Counted from the stretch's first letter, positions 17,590 through 28,656 are shown. The stretch: 64,000 nt of DNA from an uncultured virus (IMG/VR IMGVR_UViG_3300011612_000001) (IMGVR_UViG_3300011612_000001:1-64000), one strand, 5' to 3'. Numbers and translations are program-made. Notes: generated by a model from the letters alone, not told the origin.

Positions 17590-18309
17590 TCAGCCAACGA
17601 TAGTAACCGTTACAGGCTGATAAAATGGCATGTGAAGCAGACCACTGTCAAAAGCCTGCTTGAACAGCGACGCGTATTCGTACTCATTGCTTTTGATGAG
17701 TACACTGGTTTTCTGGTTGTATGCCCGGCTGTTGAATGGCTGCGTGTTATAAATCGATGAATCTGTCAACTTCCTGAAACCTTTAATGATGGAAATGCTT
17801 GCCCCGCCACTGGAGAACAGTACGGAAATACTCCAGTGCTGATCATTAGCAACATCAACACCGTCAACGCCCGTAAGGAAGCGGATAATGCGCCGTTTCA
17901 GCCAGGGGATCGTGAAAGTGAAGCCATCGCCCTTATAAAAGTTCCACGTCATTATCCTTTTAAACAGGTCGTCAGAAACAACGACTTGTTCAGACTGATT
18001 AATCACGATGCGTGAGTTGAAGGGCGCACGGTTGAACATGACTGTATTAAACGGCCCAATAACTATCTGGCGTCCACTCGACAACACAGGCGGTTTAACG
18101 CCGTAAATTCCCCTGGCTATCCATCTAAGCTGGTCTCCTGCGTTGTATCCGCCCACGAATATTGGCAGATTCGCATTTTTCATCCAGTCATAGACGTTTT
18201 TTGCCATCGTGTTATACGCAGTCACGAAAGCCCGGATATTGTCATCATCATTGTACTGCGTGTACAGGTACGAACGGATAATATCCTCAAGCATTTCATG
18301 CTCCGTCAA
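17590..18309 (-). CDS. Baseplate wedge protein
   Basis: Position after J-like gene; AGDQLRWIARGIYG. Confidence 0.65.
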   Translation of the reverse strand: MTEHEMLEDIIRSYLYTQYNDDDNIRAFVTAYNTMAKNVYDWMKNANLPIFVGGYNAGDQLRWIARGIYGVKPPVLSSGRQIVIGPFNTVMFNRAPFNSRIVINQSEQVVVSDDLFKRIMTWNFYKGDGFTFTIPWLKRRIIRFLTGVDGVDVANDQHWSISVLFSSGGASISIIKGFRKLTDSSIYNTQPFNSRAYNQKTSVLIKSNEYEYASLFKQAFDSGLLHMPFYQPVTVTIVG

Positions 18310-19714
18310 CGGTTACGCCATCCGACGCAATATAAAAATAACTGAACGGATCGCCACTGATGATATTTGTGTTTGGGTCAACGCCAGTGATAGCCCCGTT
18401 AACCGTCACAACCACATTCAGTTTTGTAATTAAGCTCATATCGAGAACCGAATTAACAGACTGAAGAAAAGTGTCTTTCAGGTTGTTAATATTAAGTGGT
18501 TTTCCGGCATAAATACCATTTATGTACTGGATAACAGGTGCTGAAACGAGTGTTGCCACCGTGGCGTCGGTGAGATAATTTGCGCCTTCAGTACCCCACT
18601 CAAACCGTACCGTCACCTGCTGCTGTAATGGAATAACAAACGGAATGAGATAACTGTCCGGCCAGTCGTTAATCGTCACAACATTGTTTCTGACATTAGG
18701 CGTGACTTCTCCGCCACCTGTCCATGGACCTGCCGCCGTGGTGTTTATTCCTATTGAAAACGTATTAGGGCTAAGAACTGTTGCCGTTAACGGAACATCA
18801 TTAATCCCGGCCATGCCATTTACGCCAGTAATATTAATCACCTGCCCAGTGGTAAGTCCGTGGGTGATGCCTGTCGTTACAACGCCCGGATTGGCGTTGG
18901 TGATGCCCGTAACGTCAACCGTTGTTCCTTTCAGCCTGCTGATGTCACCGGCGGACTTAAAAATAGCTCCGGCCATTTCATAAATGTCGCCGCCGCCACA
19001 CATGATGATCCAGCTATTACCGTCCTGTACCACTGACACCAGTCGCGCCTGAACACCACTAACATCCGTGAGTTTCTGACGTATAAACCCAGGATAGCCC
19101 TGAACGGTGGACATCTGTGCTTCCCAGACCCGATCGCGAAACTGGTAGTTGGTTTCAGGTTCCAGACCCGGGACGCCCGCTACCGGGTTGTTGCAGGTAA
19201 GGGTAATATCATCAGGAACGCTGGTGATTATCTGGTTGACGGTCCCAACCGGAACCGCCCACGATCCGGTAATAGTGGCCGTACATGTCGCCTGCGCTGA
19301 TACTTCCGATATCGGAATGATAGTCGCGTCATTCAGCGTATAGTTATATGTACCATCAGACACCATAAAACCCTGTGGAACGGAGAAACCAGCAGGCCCG
19401 GTAAACTGCACCGATACGGTAGTTGAACCCTGGGTTTTCTGTGGTGCGATACCAGATTGCTGAGCTAACAGGTTCAGCATGTACATGTTGGCTTTTAGCG
19501 GGCCAACAGAGTTAATCAGGTCAACTCTGGCCTGATCGCAGATCAGCAGCGCGCCAACGTCTGTACTCACGATATCTTCAATCAGTGAGCCAGGTAACTC
19601 GGTGGTGATGCCTGGCGACAGCTGCAACGCCAGTGACACCAGTTGCTCACGCAGGCTTTCGGGGGTTTGCGGTACCGGGCCAGCAGCTGTATAGCTAACC
19701 GATAAATCACTCAT
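18296..19714 (-). CDS. Baseplate J-like protein with inserted beta domain
   Basis: CTATITG, GLEPETNYQFRDR J-family motifs. Confidence 0.8.
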   Translation of the reverse strand: MSDLSVSYTAAGPVPQTPESLREQLVSLALQLSPGITTELPGSLIEDIVSTDVGALLICDQARVDLINSVGPLKANMYMLNLLAQQSGIAPQKTQGSTTVSVQFTGPAGFSVPQGFMVSDGTYNYTLNDATIIPISEVSAQATCTATITGSWAVPVGTVNQIITSVPDDITLTCNNPVAGVPGLEPETNYQFRDRVWEAQMSTVQGYPGFIRQKLTDVSGVQARLVSVVQDGNSWIIMCGGGDIYEMAGAIFKSAGDISRLKGTTVDVTGITNANPGVVTTGITHGLTTGQVINITGVNGMAGINDVPLTATVLSPNTFSIGINTTAAGPWTGGGEVTPNVRNNVVTINDWPDSYLIPFVIPLQQQVTVRFEWGTEGANYLTDATVATLVSAPVIQYINGIYAGKPLNINNLKDTFLQSVNSVLDMSLITKLNVVVTVNGAITGVDPNTNIISGDPFSYFYIASDGVTVDGA

Positions 19715-20043
19715 ACATTCACCGTGGCAATAATTTTCGAACCGGCGTTAGTTATCGCCGATATGTTGTAAACAGGCGGATCATCACTGACTAACGCGAT
19801 TTGCAGCGATGAGAAATAGGGACTGAACTGCTGTTGCAGTCGGTTAACATAATATGTCGGTAAAACTTGCTGTATTACCGATCCGTTCGCCGGGATGCCA
19901 TTATTGGCAAAGAATGGCGATTCCTGCGGTGCCAGTTTCAGGTTTTGTACCAGCGTTGTCAGATGAACTGCGTCGTTGAACCCATTTTCATCCGTTTCGA
20001 CCAGTGTCCACTTACCGTCTGAATTTCTGCCGTAGGTTCTCAT
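19711..20043 (-). CDS. Baseplate protein
   Basis: 110 aa, ESPFFANNGIP; synteny. Confidence 0.6.
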   Translation of the reverse strand: MRTYGRNSDGKWTLVETDENGFNDAVHLTTLVQNLKLAPQESPFFANNGIPANGSVIQQVLPTYYVNRLQQQFSPYFSSLQIALVSDDPPVYNISAITNAGSKIIATVNV

Positions 20044-20756
20044 TCGGTGATATTCCCGTTAAATGGTGTTGTTGTTGCCCCTGTATTGCCACCGCCGTTC
20101 CCGTTAGTGTGCACATGACTGTTGCACCATGCGACGAGAGAAGCCCATCCAGCATGCATGATTGCCGGGCTGGTACTGGCTGTTCCGTCCTCCAGTTTCC
20201 CGGACTGCCCGGTCAGGCTCCACATGCCATTTGTCAGCGTGAAAATGGTCGATCCAACGGTAATTTTAAACTGGCCAGGCGTGACGATGGTTACACTGTC
20301 AGGGGTGAGAAGAAACGTTGTGTTGCTGCCCGCATCCCGGATGGTGACACCCTCAGGCCCGTAAATGGTCACCACCTGGCCGTCGACACCTTCCCACTCG
20401 GTATTACTGATCGGCAGGAACACCAGCGCGCTGAGGTTCGCCGGTGGCGTCAGGTCGGCAATACCGCCACCCTGTCCGCTAACCCCACCAAGATAGGTAT
20501 CCGCCGGGATAACAATGCCTTTGTCGCCTGGCTGCATGGGATATCGGATGTACTGAGGACCAAACAGCGGGATGGTGACCTGAGGAAGCACATAAGGGAT
20601 ATCGCGCAACTCAAAGGCCACCGTGATCATGTTTCCGTCCTGTTTGACCACGCTGGCCGGAAGCACCTTACCCGCCTTTTGCAGGGCATCTTCGACCTTT
20701 CTTTCAGCAAACCGATTCATGCTGCTGCCGAAATTAAGCTTTTGATCGATGCTCAT
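20040..20756 (-). CDS. Baseplate spike protein
   Basis: C-terminal HVH metal-binding tip; PGDKG motif. Confidence 0.75.
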   Translation of the reverse strand: MSIDQKLNFGSSMNRFAERKVEDALQKAGKVLPASVVKQDGNMITVAFELRDIPYVLPQVTIPLFGPQYIRYPMQPGDKGIVIPADTYLGGVSGQGGGIADLTPPANLSALVFLPISNTEWEGVDGQVVTIYGPEGVTIRDAGSNTTFLLTPDSVTIVTPGQFKITVGSTIFTLTNGMWSLTGQSGKLEDGTASTSPAIMHAGWASLVAWCNSHVHTNGNGGGNTGATTTPFNGNITE

Positions 20757-21772
20757 TATCCACCAGCCTTAACAAATGGATATGCCTCAATAATTGTTAC
20801 CCACGCATCGGCAGTTGGCTGCCGACTATTACCAATAAGACGCACCGAACTAACAACAAACTCACCTGTAAAAGCGGAATCTTCTCGATACTGAGAATAT
20901 GATGACGCTCTTATTACTGGGGCGGTTTTTTTAGGCATGCTTATATGGTCACCAACCTGAATATCACTGCGCATAACACACATAAGGCTAATGGTTTTAA
21001 AAGCTACCCATGTCGGCTGACCGATTAAATCAGTAAAATTCAACTCGGTTATACTTGTAACTTCTGAACCTTCAGGATGGTAATTGACATCATTATCCCA
21101 GACTCGAATTTGATTGCCGTTAACTATGGCTATTTCAACACCAGTGTAACCTGAGTCCTTAATCCATGAGCGAGAAAAGGCATTAAGGTCCTTTGCCAGA
21201 GAAACTATATCGCGACAAAACAACCCTCTGTAATGATTCAAAACCAGCCGATCACTAATATTAATATTAAATGTATAACCGCCTATTAACTGGAAGCAGT
21301 TAGTTAAGGCGACAGACAGTTTTTGCCCAACTTTCCAGTCAAACGTTAACGGCAGTGGAGCCGGTTTCTCATCGGGTTTTAATGATACAGGGCCGGTTAC
21401 AATCACAAAATCCAGCCTTAAATCCGTGCCCTGCCAGTTACCAAAAACTTGGTTAATCGTTCCATCCAGTACCAGTCCTGGCGCTTTTAACTTCCCCGCC
21501 AGTGGTAAACCTTGCTTCATACCGAGAAAGATTTTTATTCTTTTGCCGAAAAGGTCCTGTCTGGCCTGCTGCATTTCTTTCGGCCCAATACCCCATATAG
21601 TGAGGTGCGTTTCACCCTGTGGGGTTGACTCACCAAACCTGAGGATATCGAATTCAATCATTAGTGCGCCGGGATTATAAACTCCATCCTTATGGCTTGA
21701 GTGGCGCTGAATTAGTTTTTCTGGCTTATCACCTTCGGCCTGAGAAAATATCTGGATATCGTAGTATCGCAT
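20756..21772 (-). CDS. Baseplate hub protein
   Basis: 338 aa, LIGQPT motif; synteny. Confidence 0.6.
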   Translation of the reverse strand: MRYYDIQIFSQAEGDKPEKLIQRHSSHKDGVYNPGALMIEFDILRFGESTPQGETHLTIWGIGPKEMQQARQDLFGKRIKIFLGMKQGLPLAGKLKAPGLVLDGTINQVFGNWQGTDLRLDFVIVTGPVSLKPDEKPAPLPLTFDWKVGQKLSVALTNCFQLIGGYTFNINISDRLVLNHYRGLFCRDIVSLAKDLNAFSRSWIKDSGYTGVEIAIVNGNQIRVWDNDVNYHPEGSEVTSITELNFTDLIGQPTWVAFKTISLMCVMRSDIQVGDHISMPKKTAPVIRASSYSQYREDSAFTGEFVVSSVRLIGNSRQPTADAWVTIIEAYPFVKAGG

Positions 21773-22047
21773 TAACTTATTACCTCAATTTGCCCGTTCT
21801 TTTCCCGCCAGTACATAGTTGTGAATCTGAAAACACCAGAGATGAGATTAATACCACCAGCGGCAGGCGATCCAACCAAGGCTGTGTTAATAATTGCATT
21901 TTCTGAATTATCAGTAATAAACAAATACCAACGCTGAGCGGCAATATTCCATTTAATGTGGCAGTTATAAACTGCGCCATCCAGAACAGGCGTAAAAGCT
22001 ATGCTTTGCCGCTCATTGCCTGAGAATGGGAAGTATTGAGTTGTCAT
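21772..22047 (-). CDS. Baseplate/tail protein
   Basis: WNIAAQRWY; start MTTQYF overlaps upstream stop. Confidence 0.6.
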   Translation of the reverse strand: MTTQYFPFSGNERQSIAFTPVLDGAVYNCHIKWNIAAQRWYLFITDNSENAIINTALVGSPAAGGINLISGVFRFTTMYWREKNGQIEVIS

Positions 22048-22754
22048 GCGCCTATTCCAAGTTTGCCAAGAAGGCCCGTTATAGCCTCTGAAACAGAACC
22101 ACCAAGAGAGGTGTTGCCCAGAGCATTGACCGTGTTTGTCCATGATGGCTCGGTTACCACGTCTCCAGCGCCAATCTTATTCAGGAAGTTGTTAACCGCC
22201 TGTTTGGCGTTGGCTTCGGTAATCAGCGGCTGCTCAAAGTCCCACATCCACGTCCGTTGCGGTAATGCATCATTGCCGCCGGTGACATCCTTCACGGTGC
22301 GCAATATGCATCTGTTATAGATAACTGAAGGAGTGGCAACGATGAATGTTCCACCGAGATTTGCATGGGCCTGAAGGACGGATTGCAGCGCACTGATGGT
22401 AACCAGCTTTGTCATGGCACCAGTGTTTTCGTTTACCGGCGCTTCCATAACCAGTGAAACGCGCAACGGTTGAGCCAGTAGCGCATTAGCGGCCACAACC
22501 TGGTTAGCGAAAGGGTAGCGGGCAATGTCGTAATCAATAAGCGTCGAGCCCTGCGCTGGTTTCCAGTGACAAAAATACTTATCCAGATCGGTTAGGTTGA
22601 TTGCACCGCCCAAAAGGCCAGTTACAAAACTGGCGCTTTGGGTCAGGGCTACGATCGGAAGCATGCCACCAGGTATTGTCTGAGCAATGCCGTCGCAAAG
22701 GATGACCGGGGATATTTCAAACCCCAGCTTATACATTTCGCGTGTGAATCCCAT
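22044..22754 (-). CDS. Tail tube initiator-like protein
   Basis: 236 aa directly after tape measure. Confidence 0.55.
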   Translation of the reverse strand: MGFTREMYKLGFEISPVILCDGIAQTIPGGMLPIVALTQSASFVTGLLGGAINLTDLDKYFCHWKPAQGSTLIDYDIARYPFANQVVAANALLAQPLRVSLVMEAPVNENTGAMTKLVTISALQSVLQAHANLGGTFIVATPSVIYNRCILRTVKDVTGGNDALPQRTWMWDFEQPLITEANAKQAVNNFLNKIGAGDVVTEPSWTNTVNALGNTSLGGSVSEAITGLLGKLGIGA

Positions 22755-22756
22755 TA

Positions 22757-24757
22757 TTACCGTGCTCCGAGTTGTGCACCCGATACAACAGCATTGCCGC
22801 CAGTATTGTTATAAACAATTACACTACCGCCGCCGGAGCTTCTGCTGCTTTCAATGGACTGCTGTAGGAGTTGGTTGGTTTTCGCCGTATTCCTGGCGAT
22901 TTCTGATGTTTGAGATTGTTGTGGATCATCATGTTTTTTGTTTGCGCCATAAATGGCTGCATATTCATCCCTGACCTTACCTGATGCCCCGGTCTCTATA
23001 ATTTTATTGTCATGACGTGGTATTGGATCGGTTATGTTTGCATCTGCACGCTGGGAATTTGGATTCCCATACATAGATATATAGTGCTCGTAAACACGCC
23101 CCGGATATTCAATATTTTCTTTGCTGCCTCTGTTTTTCCCACCGTTATACCAGCGCAACATCTCTTCTAAATCACCACCAGCCTGTTGCTTAGCCCATGA
23201 CATAACCCTTGCGCCCGCCATGATATTGTCACGAGCGTTAAACGGGTCTTCTCCGGGCAGGAAGTTATAAGGCATTACCTGCATCAATCCTTTAGCGCCC
23301 GCCTTACTTACGGCATTTTTATCAAATGACGACTCGGCACCCGCAACGGCTTTCAACCATTTAGCATCAACCCCCTCTTTTTTGGCGGCCTCTTCGAAAT
23401 ACTGGTCATATTGGGTTGGTGCTACACCTGAAGCCTGTTTACCCCACTTCAGCCATCCCCACACATTAGGATCACTCTCACTGCCTTTGACGTAATCCGG
23501 ACCGCCGTTCGGGTCTTTAACCGTCTCATTACTGAGAATGGATGATGAGCCGGAAAAAAACTCTGTCGCCGTTATCTTCCCGGTTGCCAGGTCAATGATT
23601 CTTCCGATTGTTTGTCCCAGCTTTTTGAGCCCGGACATAAAATCTTCGACATCATTTTTAAACTCAGGAGAGGCAAGATAGTTGCCAAACCGCTGTATTC
23701 CTCCAGCAAGCCCGTCAATCCATTTACCCAACTCTGGCGAGCGCATAACGGTATCGATCGCACCCGACAGCGCATCGGACAATTTCGTCAGCCCCGGTGT
23801 CAGCGGTCCAAGTCCACGGATGAAAGTGTTTTTAATGCTCTGGCTGCTGTAGTCGAGCTGAATGTTGAAGTCCTGCCACTGCCGCGCCTGCTCATCAGTT
23901 ATCTGTAATAACTGCGCATCACGCTTGGCTCGCTTCTCCATCGCCTCAATTTCTGCGTCGCTCATATTTTTAAAGCGGTTCAGATCATCGATGCTGAAGA
24001 AGCTGGTCAGACCGTAGGCATTAGCGCCCTGCAACGTGCCGCCGGTCTGTTTGAAAATATCACGGGCCGCACGGATCATCTCCGGCAGTAACTGGTCCGG
24101 CGAGCGGTCGGCGTTATTAATCCCCATCGCCTGGAACTTCCAGCGCTGGGATAAGTCAGCCTGGGTGTCACGAATTGCCCCCAGCGTAGCCGTCGGGTTA
24201 GCCACGGCCCGCTGGAAGTTAATTGCGGTCGAGTCCAGGGCACCTATGGTGGTATTCAGCCCCATAGATGTAAAACGTTGAGCGCTGGCTGTTGAAGCCA
24301 GGCGATTTAAGCCAAACAACCCACCAGCGCCAAGCACACCAGTAAACAGCCCAACAATTCCGCCCCATGACAATAAATTAACCGTGGCATCTTTGATGTG
24401 GCCTGCAAACTCTTTCGAGTCCTTTTTCAGCTTTCCAAAAATACCTGCTGACCCGGATGTTTTTTTGTTCAGGTCTTCCTGGCGTTTGTTAGCATCCTCC
24501 AGATTGCCGTTGATGCGATCGAGGTTATTCACCATCGCGTTCAGCGCATCAACGCCATCAGAGAACGCTTTAGCCATTCCGCCAGCCTCATCAGAGGCCT
24601 TTGATGTTTCACGGGCGTTGTCACTGATACCCTGTGCAGACGCCCGCCACGCTTCCGGGAGATCATCCAGAGCAGCCTGGTACTCATTGAACTTTTCCAT
24701 AAACGACAAAAACTTTTCGTCATTTACGTCGATTTCAATAATGGATTTAGCTGCCAT
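22757..24757 (-). CDS. Tape measure protein with lytic transglycosylase domain
   Basis: AESSFDKNAVSKAGAKGLMQVMP..DNIMAG..YNGG SLT motifs. Confidence 0.85.
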   Translation of the reverse strand: MAAKSIIEIDVNDEKFLSFMEKFNEYQAALDDLPEAWRASAQGISDNARETSKASDEAGGMAKAFSDGVDALNAMVNNLDRINGNLEDANKRQEDLNKKTSGSAGIFGKLKKDSKEFAGHIKDATVNLLSWGGIVGLFTGVLGAGGLFGLNRLASTASAQRFTSMGLNTTIGALDSTAINFQRAVANPTATLGAIRDTQADLSQRWKFQAMGINNADRSPDQLLPEMIRAARDIFKQTGGTLQGANAYGLTSFFSIDDLNRFKNMSDAEIEAMEKRAKRDAQLLQITDEQARQWQDFNIQLDYSSQSIKNTFIRGLGPLTPGLTKLSDALSGAIDTVMRSPELGKWIDGLAGGIQRFGNYLASPEFKNDVEDFMSGLKKLGQTIGRIIDLATGKITATEFFSGSSSILSNETVKDPNGGPDYVKGSESDPNVWGWLKWGKQASGVAPTQYDQYFEEAAKKEGVDAKWLKAVAGAESSFDKNAVSKAGAKGLMQVMPYNFLPGEDPFNARDNIMAGARVMSWAKQQAGGDLEEMLRWYNGGKNRGSKENIEYPGRVYEHYISMYGNPNSQRADANITDPIPRHDNKIIETGASGKVRDEYAAIYGANKKHDDPQQSQTSEIARNTAKTNQLLQQSIESSRSSGGGSVIVYNNTGGNAVVSGAQLGAR

Positions 24758-24880
24758 TGAAATAGCCCCTTTCCTTTAGTGCGGAGAGAATAAAGCGCTG
24801 ACGATACTGGGATGGGCTGGCAAATTCCTCGCCAGCTATTTCCCGTATGACATGCCTGAAACCCTCACCTGACGCCCAGT

Positions 24881-25468
24881 CTAGGAGGGTATAAACGACG
24901 TTTCCTGCGGGGCATTCTGGTTCGGGGTATCGGTATCCGTTTTCGACGTCGATAAAGAATCGCGCCACTCCGTAGCGCTCGATAAGGTTAACTGACCACC
25001 GAACATACCGATCACGCTCCCCACCGTCGGTTTGATGAGTTCCGGTTTCTGAATGGCAGAGGAAACCATAAAAAAAACGATTTCGCCTTCCACCTCACGA
25101 AACTCATCTGCGGAGAGGATGCCCAGCTTCATCGCCGTTTCTAACGGGGAGGATTTCCATTGCCCGTTATCATTAAAAATCACAGTGGTTTGTCGCTGGA
25201 TTTCATCAACAATATTCGGCCCGGTCTGGCCGGTGACGGCCTGCTCCTGTTTGATTTTCTTGCGAAGCATCATGGCGGCCACGCGCGCCGCTCCGAGACC
25301 GCCAACCTGCGCGATAAAGCTGGTAAACAGGCTGCCGAGCATCAGGCAATGCTCTTCCACAACCTCATAAGGAAACGGTGACGTATGGACGTATACCAGA
25401 GTTCCGTCATCACGGCTGACCGTACAAACCAGATTAAGTTTTTTATCGATTTTCACGGTTAAATCCAC
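24881..25468 (-). CDS. Tail assembly chaperone candidate
   Basis: Between tube and tape measure; overlapped by a -1 frame ORF ending 24747. Confidence 0.6.
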   Translation of the reverse strand: MDLTVKIDKKLNLVCTVSRDDGTLVYVHTSPFPYEVVEEHCLMLGSLFTSFIAQVGGLGAARVAAMMLRKKIKQEQAVTGQTGPNIVDEIQRQTTVIFNDNGQWKSSPLETAMKLGILSADEFREVEGEIVFFMVSSAIQKPELIKPTVGSVIGMFGGQLTLSSATEWRDSLSTSKTDTDTPNQNAPQETSFIPS

Positions 25469-25896
25469 ATGTTGTCGTTAGTGATGAGGTAGCCGCTGAT
25501 GGTTACCACATATCCGGCATCCATACCGTTAAACGGCATTTCGTTGAAGTTAATCAGGTAGCAGTTAAGGAGCGTGAAGTTGCCAAACGTGGTGGCGTCC
25601 GGGGTTACAACCACTTCACCCAGCGCTGTATCGGTCGTAAAGCGCTGTTGATAACTTGAGCCAAGTCCCTGAGTTCTGAGCATGTGAACGGTAAGAGTAA
25701 CCTTCTGATAGGGAACCTGACTTCCCACGGTCCCAGTCATGGTGTCAATAATATCCGTGGCCGGACCTTCCGGGCGGATGCTGATACCGTCTTTGCCTAG
25801 ATACGACGCGGTGACGTTCAGGGCCGGAACATCGGTGACAGAAACCGCGCCACGGACGCGGTTGAGGAATCCCTGCGGTACTAATGGGTTTGCCAT
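25459..25896 (-). CDS. Tail tube protein
   Basis: 145 aa directly after sheath. Confidence 0.7.
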   Translation of the reverse strand: MANPLVPQGFLNRVRGAVSVTDVPALNVTASYLGKDGISIRPEGPATDIIDTMTGTVGSQVPYQKVTLTVHMLRTQGLGSSYQQRFTTDTALGEVVVTPDATTFGNFTLLNCYLINFNEMPFNGMDAGYVVTISGYLITNDNMWI

Positions 25897-25897
25897 T

Positions 25898-27292
25898 TTA
25901 TGCCCCTACAAAATTGGTGACGTTCAGGTTAAACGTGATGGATTCGAAACCACGACGCGGCGTGATAACAGCGCTCAGGCCGTTGTATTTCCCATCCTGA
26001 TAATCAGACGGGTTAAGGCTGGAGTAGTTTGCAAACGGGACTGCGTTGATTACGGCGTTACCAGCGTAAGTGCCCTTTTCATATTCAGTATTGAAATCAG
26101 TCTGAATAAGTTTTGTGCCGATAACGCGACCCAGAATAAGGCCGTAACTAATGCCATTGCGCAACGTCTTAAGCGCTCGATTTTGCAGGCGATCGATGCC
26201 GTTCTGTTCGTAATACAGTGGGTTGGTGGTGGTGTTAGACCCGTTGATAACTTCGTTAGCCAGGTCCAGTTCAAGATTGATGGCCGCCCATGCCACCGCA
26301 TACCAGTAGTTAAACGGCTGTCCGTCCAGCATATGGCCAGCCACCAGCATCTTATTGCTCAGGCCACCTTCAGCCGAGGAACCAATGTAGTTGATGTTAT
26401 TGTCCTGAAGCGTTTTAAGCAGGGTGCCGTTATTCTCAACCGGATATTCAGTTGCGCCGTACATAAATCGGAATGCCATCGGCGGGACCATATTCGATGA
26501 TCCCGGATCATTAGATAAAGCCGACTGAAACGCCGCTGCCATGGAAAACTCAGTAGCCGGAAGGTCTGGCGCCTCTACGCCTGCGAATACAGATTTATTT
26601 TTGGTTGCCACCCAGGACTGATATGTTGCAATCGTGGTTGTGACAAAGAAGTAAACCAGCGATCCCGGGGAGGTGTACTGCCCGGTAAGAGTTTTGAATG
26701 TCGCTTCAGAATCCCACTCACGCGGCACCAGATAAGAAAAGAATTTCTGGTAAGTGTTCCCCAGTGAAATATCCTGGTCAATAAACGTGGACAGCGCTGC
26801 CACCGCATCAACCTGCGACAAATTACCCAGTTCAAGCACGTATACGGCGCGATTCGTTCCCTGAGCCCAGTATGTGTTGTTCATCTGGGTTAGTTCGATC
26901 GCCGCCACCGTCTTAACGATACCCATGGTCGTTGCCGTACCCGGATCACCAGTGAGAGGATATGTAAACGCTGTGGCGCTGGTTGCAGTGGCCGTAAATG
27001 CACCGTTATACCCGGCAGGCGAGACGCCAGATACAACGACCGGGATTGCCTGTCCGATAGTCCATCCGTGCGGAGCGGAAAGCGTGACCGTAACCAGATT
27101 GCTCGCCCACGCAATCGAGGCGATGGTTTTCGCTGACGCCTGCACTGTTGCAAGGTCTGATTTAGAAGTAAGTAGCGTTGACTCGCCGGGGTTAAGCGTT
27201 GTCCCGCCCACGGAGATCATCGCTCCGCTTTTAAGCAGTTGCGACGGCTTCGGCGGATTGGTTACCGACACGTTGATGTTAACAATTGCCAT
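25898..27292 (-). CDS. Tail sheath protein
   Basis: 464 aa; NINYIG..PLYYEQNGI sheath-like C-terminus. Confidence 0.75.
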   Translation of the reverse strand: MAIVNINVSVTNPPKPSQLLKSGAMISVGGTTLNPGESTLLTSKSDLATVQASAKTIASIAWASNLVTVTLSAPHGWTIGQAIPVVVSGVSPAGYNGAFTATATSATAFTYPLTGDPGTATTMGIVKTVAAIELTQMNNTYWAQGTNRAVYVLELGNLSQVDAVAALSTFIDQDISLGNTYQKFFSYLVPREWDSEATFKTLTGQYTSPGSLVYFFVTTTIATYQSWVATKNKSVFAGVEAPDLPATEFSMAAAFQSALSNDPGSSNMVPPMAFRFMYGATEYPVENNGTLLKTLQDNNINYIGSSAEGGLSNKMLVAGHMLDGQPFNYWYAVAWAAINLELDLANEVINGSNTTTNPLYYEQNGIDRLQNRALKTLRNGISYGLILGRVIGTKLIQTDFNTEYEKGTYAGNAVINAVPFANYSSLNPSDYQDGKYNGLSAVITPRRGFESITFNLNVTNFVGA

Positions 27293-27296
27293 TTAA

Positions 27297-28238
27297 TTAT
27301 TTCTCCGGATAAATGGACGGGATTGCAGACAGGATCAGCCCACGGGATACATCACGCATCCGTTGCTGGTAATAATTGATTTTGAATTTGATGGTCTTGC
27401 GCATGGCAATGACGTTCAGTTCGTTTTGGGTAACGCGCTCATCCTGAACAACCGGGATGTTCATCACGCCCATTTCCGCGTCGTCACGTAGCGTGTACTG
27501 CTGGACGTACCGCAGGAAATCTTCAACGGCTGCGTTGCGCAGGCCGGTAATCGAAATCGTCACATCCTCAGAAACCAGTTGATACTGGTTGTCACGCTCA
27601 TCGATATAAAACGAACCGGCAATAGGCGTTACGTTGCTGCACCTGATTGTCGCGAACGGTGGCGACAGGTTTTGCGTTGATAGCATCGCCGGAAACATCG
27701 GCATGTACTGATTCAGCCCCAGCCATACCGGGAGCGAACTGGATACAACAACGTCGCTCAAGTCAATATCGTCCGCAGAGTTAATGATCTGCGAGCGCAT
27801 ATGCGGATACACAGCCTCACCCGTGTAGTGATACAGGTTCGCTGGCTCATTCAGCCCGGTACGGCGTGAGAAAGAAAACTGGATGCCGTAAAACTCGCCG
27901 ATGTAGAGCACGTCCGGCCCGATATCATTAAACGGGTCGATATCCGACTGCGCAGTAAGGGTGACGACGTTTCGGTCATAAAGTTGTTCATCATCCTGGA
28001 TACTCTCCGTCGTCAGGTGAAGGTAGCCTTTTACATCAACTGTGTCCGGGTCAGGATTCGGATCATCAGAAACAATCGACGCTTTTACCCAGAAGACAAA
28101 CCCATCCAGCGGCAAAACTTTTCGGACGTACTTCGTGAATGTGACTATCTGATACTGGCTCAGGTCGTCCAGACCCTGCGTCAGTGTGGCGTTAAGTTCC
28201 GTTTTTGCCGTTTGTTGTAACTCACTCAGAGAAGGCAT
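27297..28238 (-). CDS. Head-tail joining/tail terminator protein
   Basis: Synteny; 313 aa. Confidence 0.5.
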   Translation of the reverse strand: MPSLSELQQTAKTELNATLTQGLDDLSQYQIVTFTKYVRKVLPLDGFVFWVKASIVSDDPNPDPDTVDVKGYLHLTTESIQDDEQLYDRNVVTLTAQSDIDPFNDIGPDVLYIGEFYGIQFSFSRRTGLNEPANLYHYTGEAVYPHMRSQIINSADDIDLSDVVVSSSLPVWLGLNQYMPMFPAMLSTQNLSPPFATIRCSNVTPIAGSFYIDERDNQYQLVSEDVTISITGLRNAAVEDFLRYVQQYTLRDDAEMGVMNIPVVQDERVTQNELNVIAMRKTIKFKINYYQQRMRDVSRGLILSAIPSIYPEK

Positions 28239-28656
28239 TTAACACTCCACTTACCCAGCTACGCATGGCCGCCTGATAGGTTCCGGTATCGATGAATGAA
28301 GGGCGCGGATCACCTTTCTTGTTTTTAAAGCGCTTCGAAATGCCAAGCAGCGCGCGACGCGTTGGAACGCCAGGCATGCCATTCATCTCTTCGTTATCCA
28401 GAAAACCCACAAACAGGTCGTGAACGCGTGACATGGATTCCGCCAGCGGGTCCCTTGATGGCGGCGCGCCTGCCAGCATGTTTTCGAGATTTGCGGCAAG
28501 GTCTTTGCTCATCAGATCTGCAATTTCGTTCCCGTAGCGATCAAAGAACGTCTGCATAATCCGGTACTTTTCCTCAAGCCGTTCAGCCACATCCCCGGTT
28601 GTGGCTCCCTCTCCCTCGTAAGGGATGTCGATAACGCCAAGATGCAGGGTGATCAT
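28222..28656 (-). CDS. Neck/tail completion protein
   Basis: PRPSFIDTG motif. Confidence 0.55.
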   Translation of the reverse strand: MITLHLGVIDIPYEGEGATTGDVAERLEEKYRIMQTFFDRYGNEIADLMSKDLAANLENMLAGAPPSRDPLAESMSRVHDLFVGFLDNEEMNGMPGVPTRRALLGISKRFKNKKGDPRPSFIDTGTYQAAMRSWVSGVLNAFSE

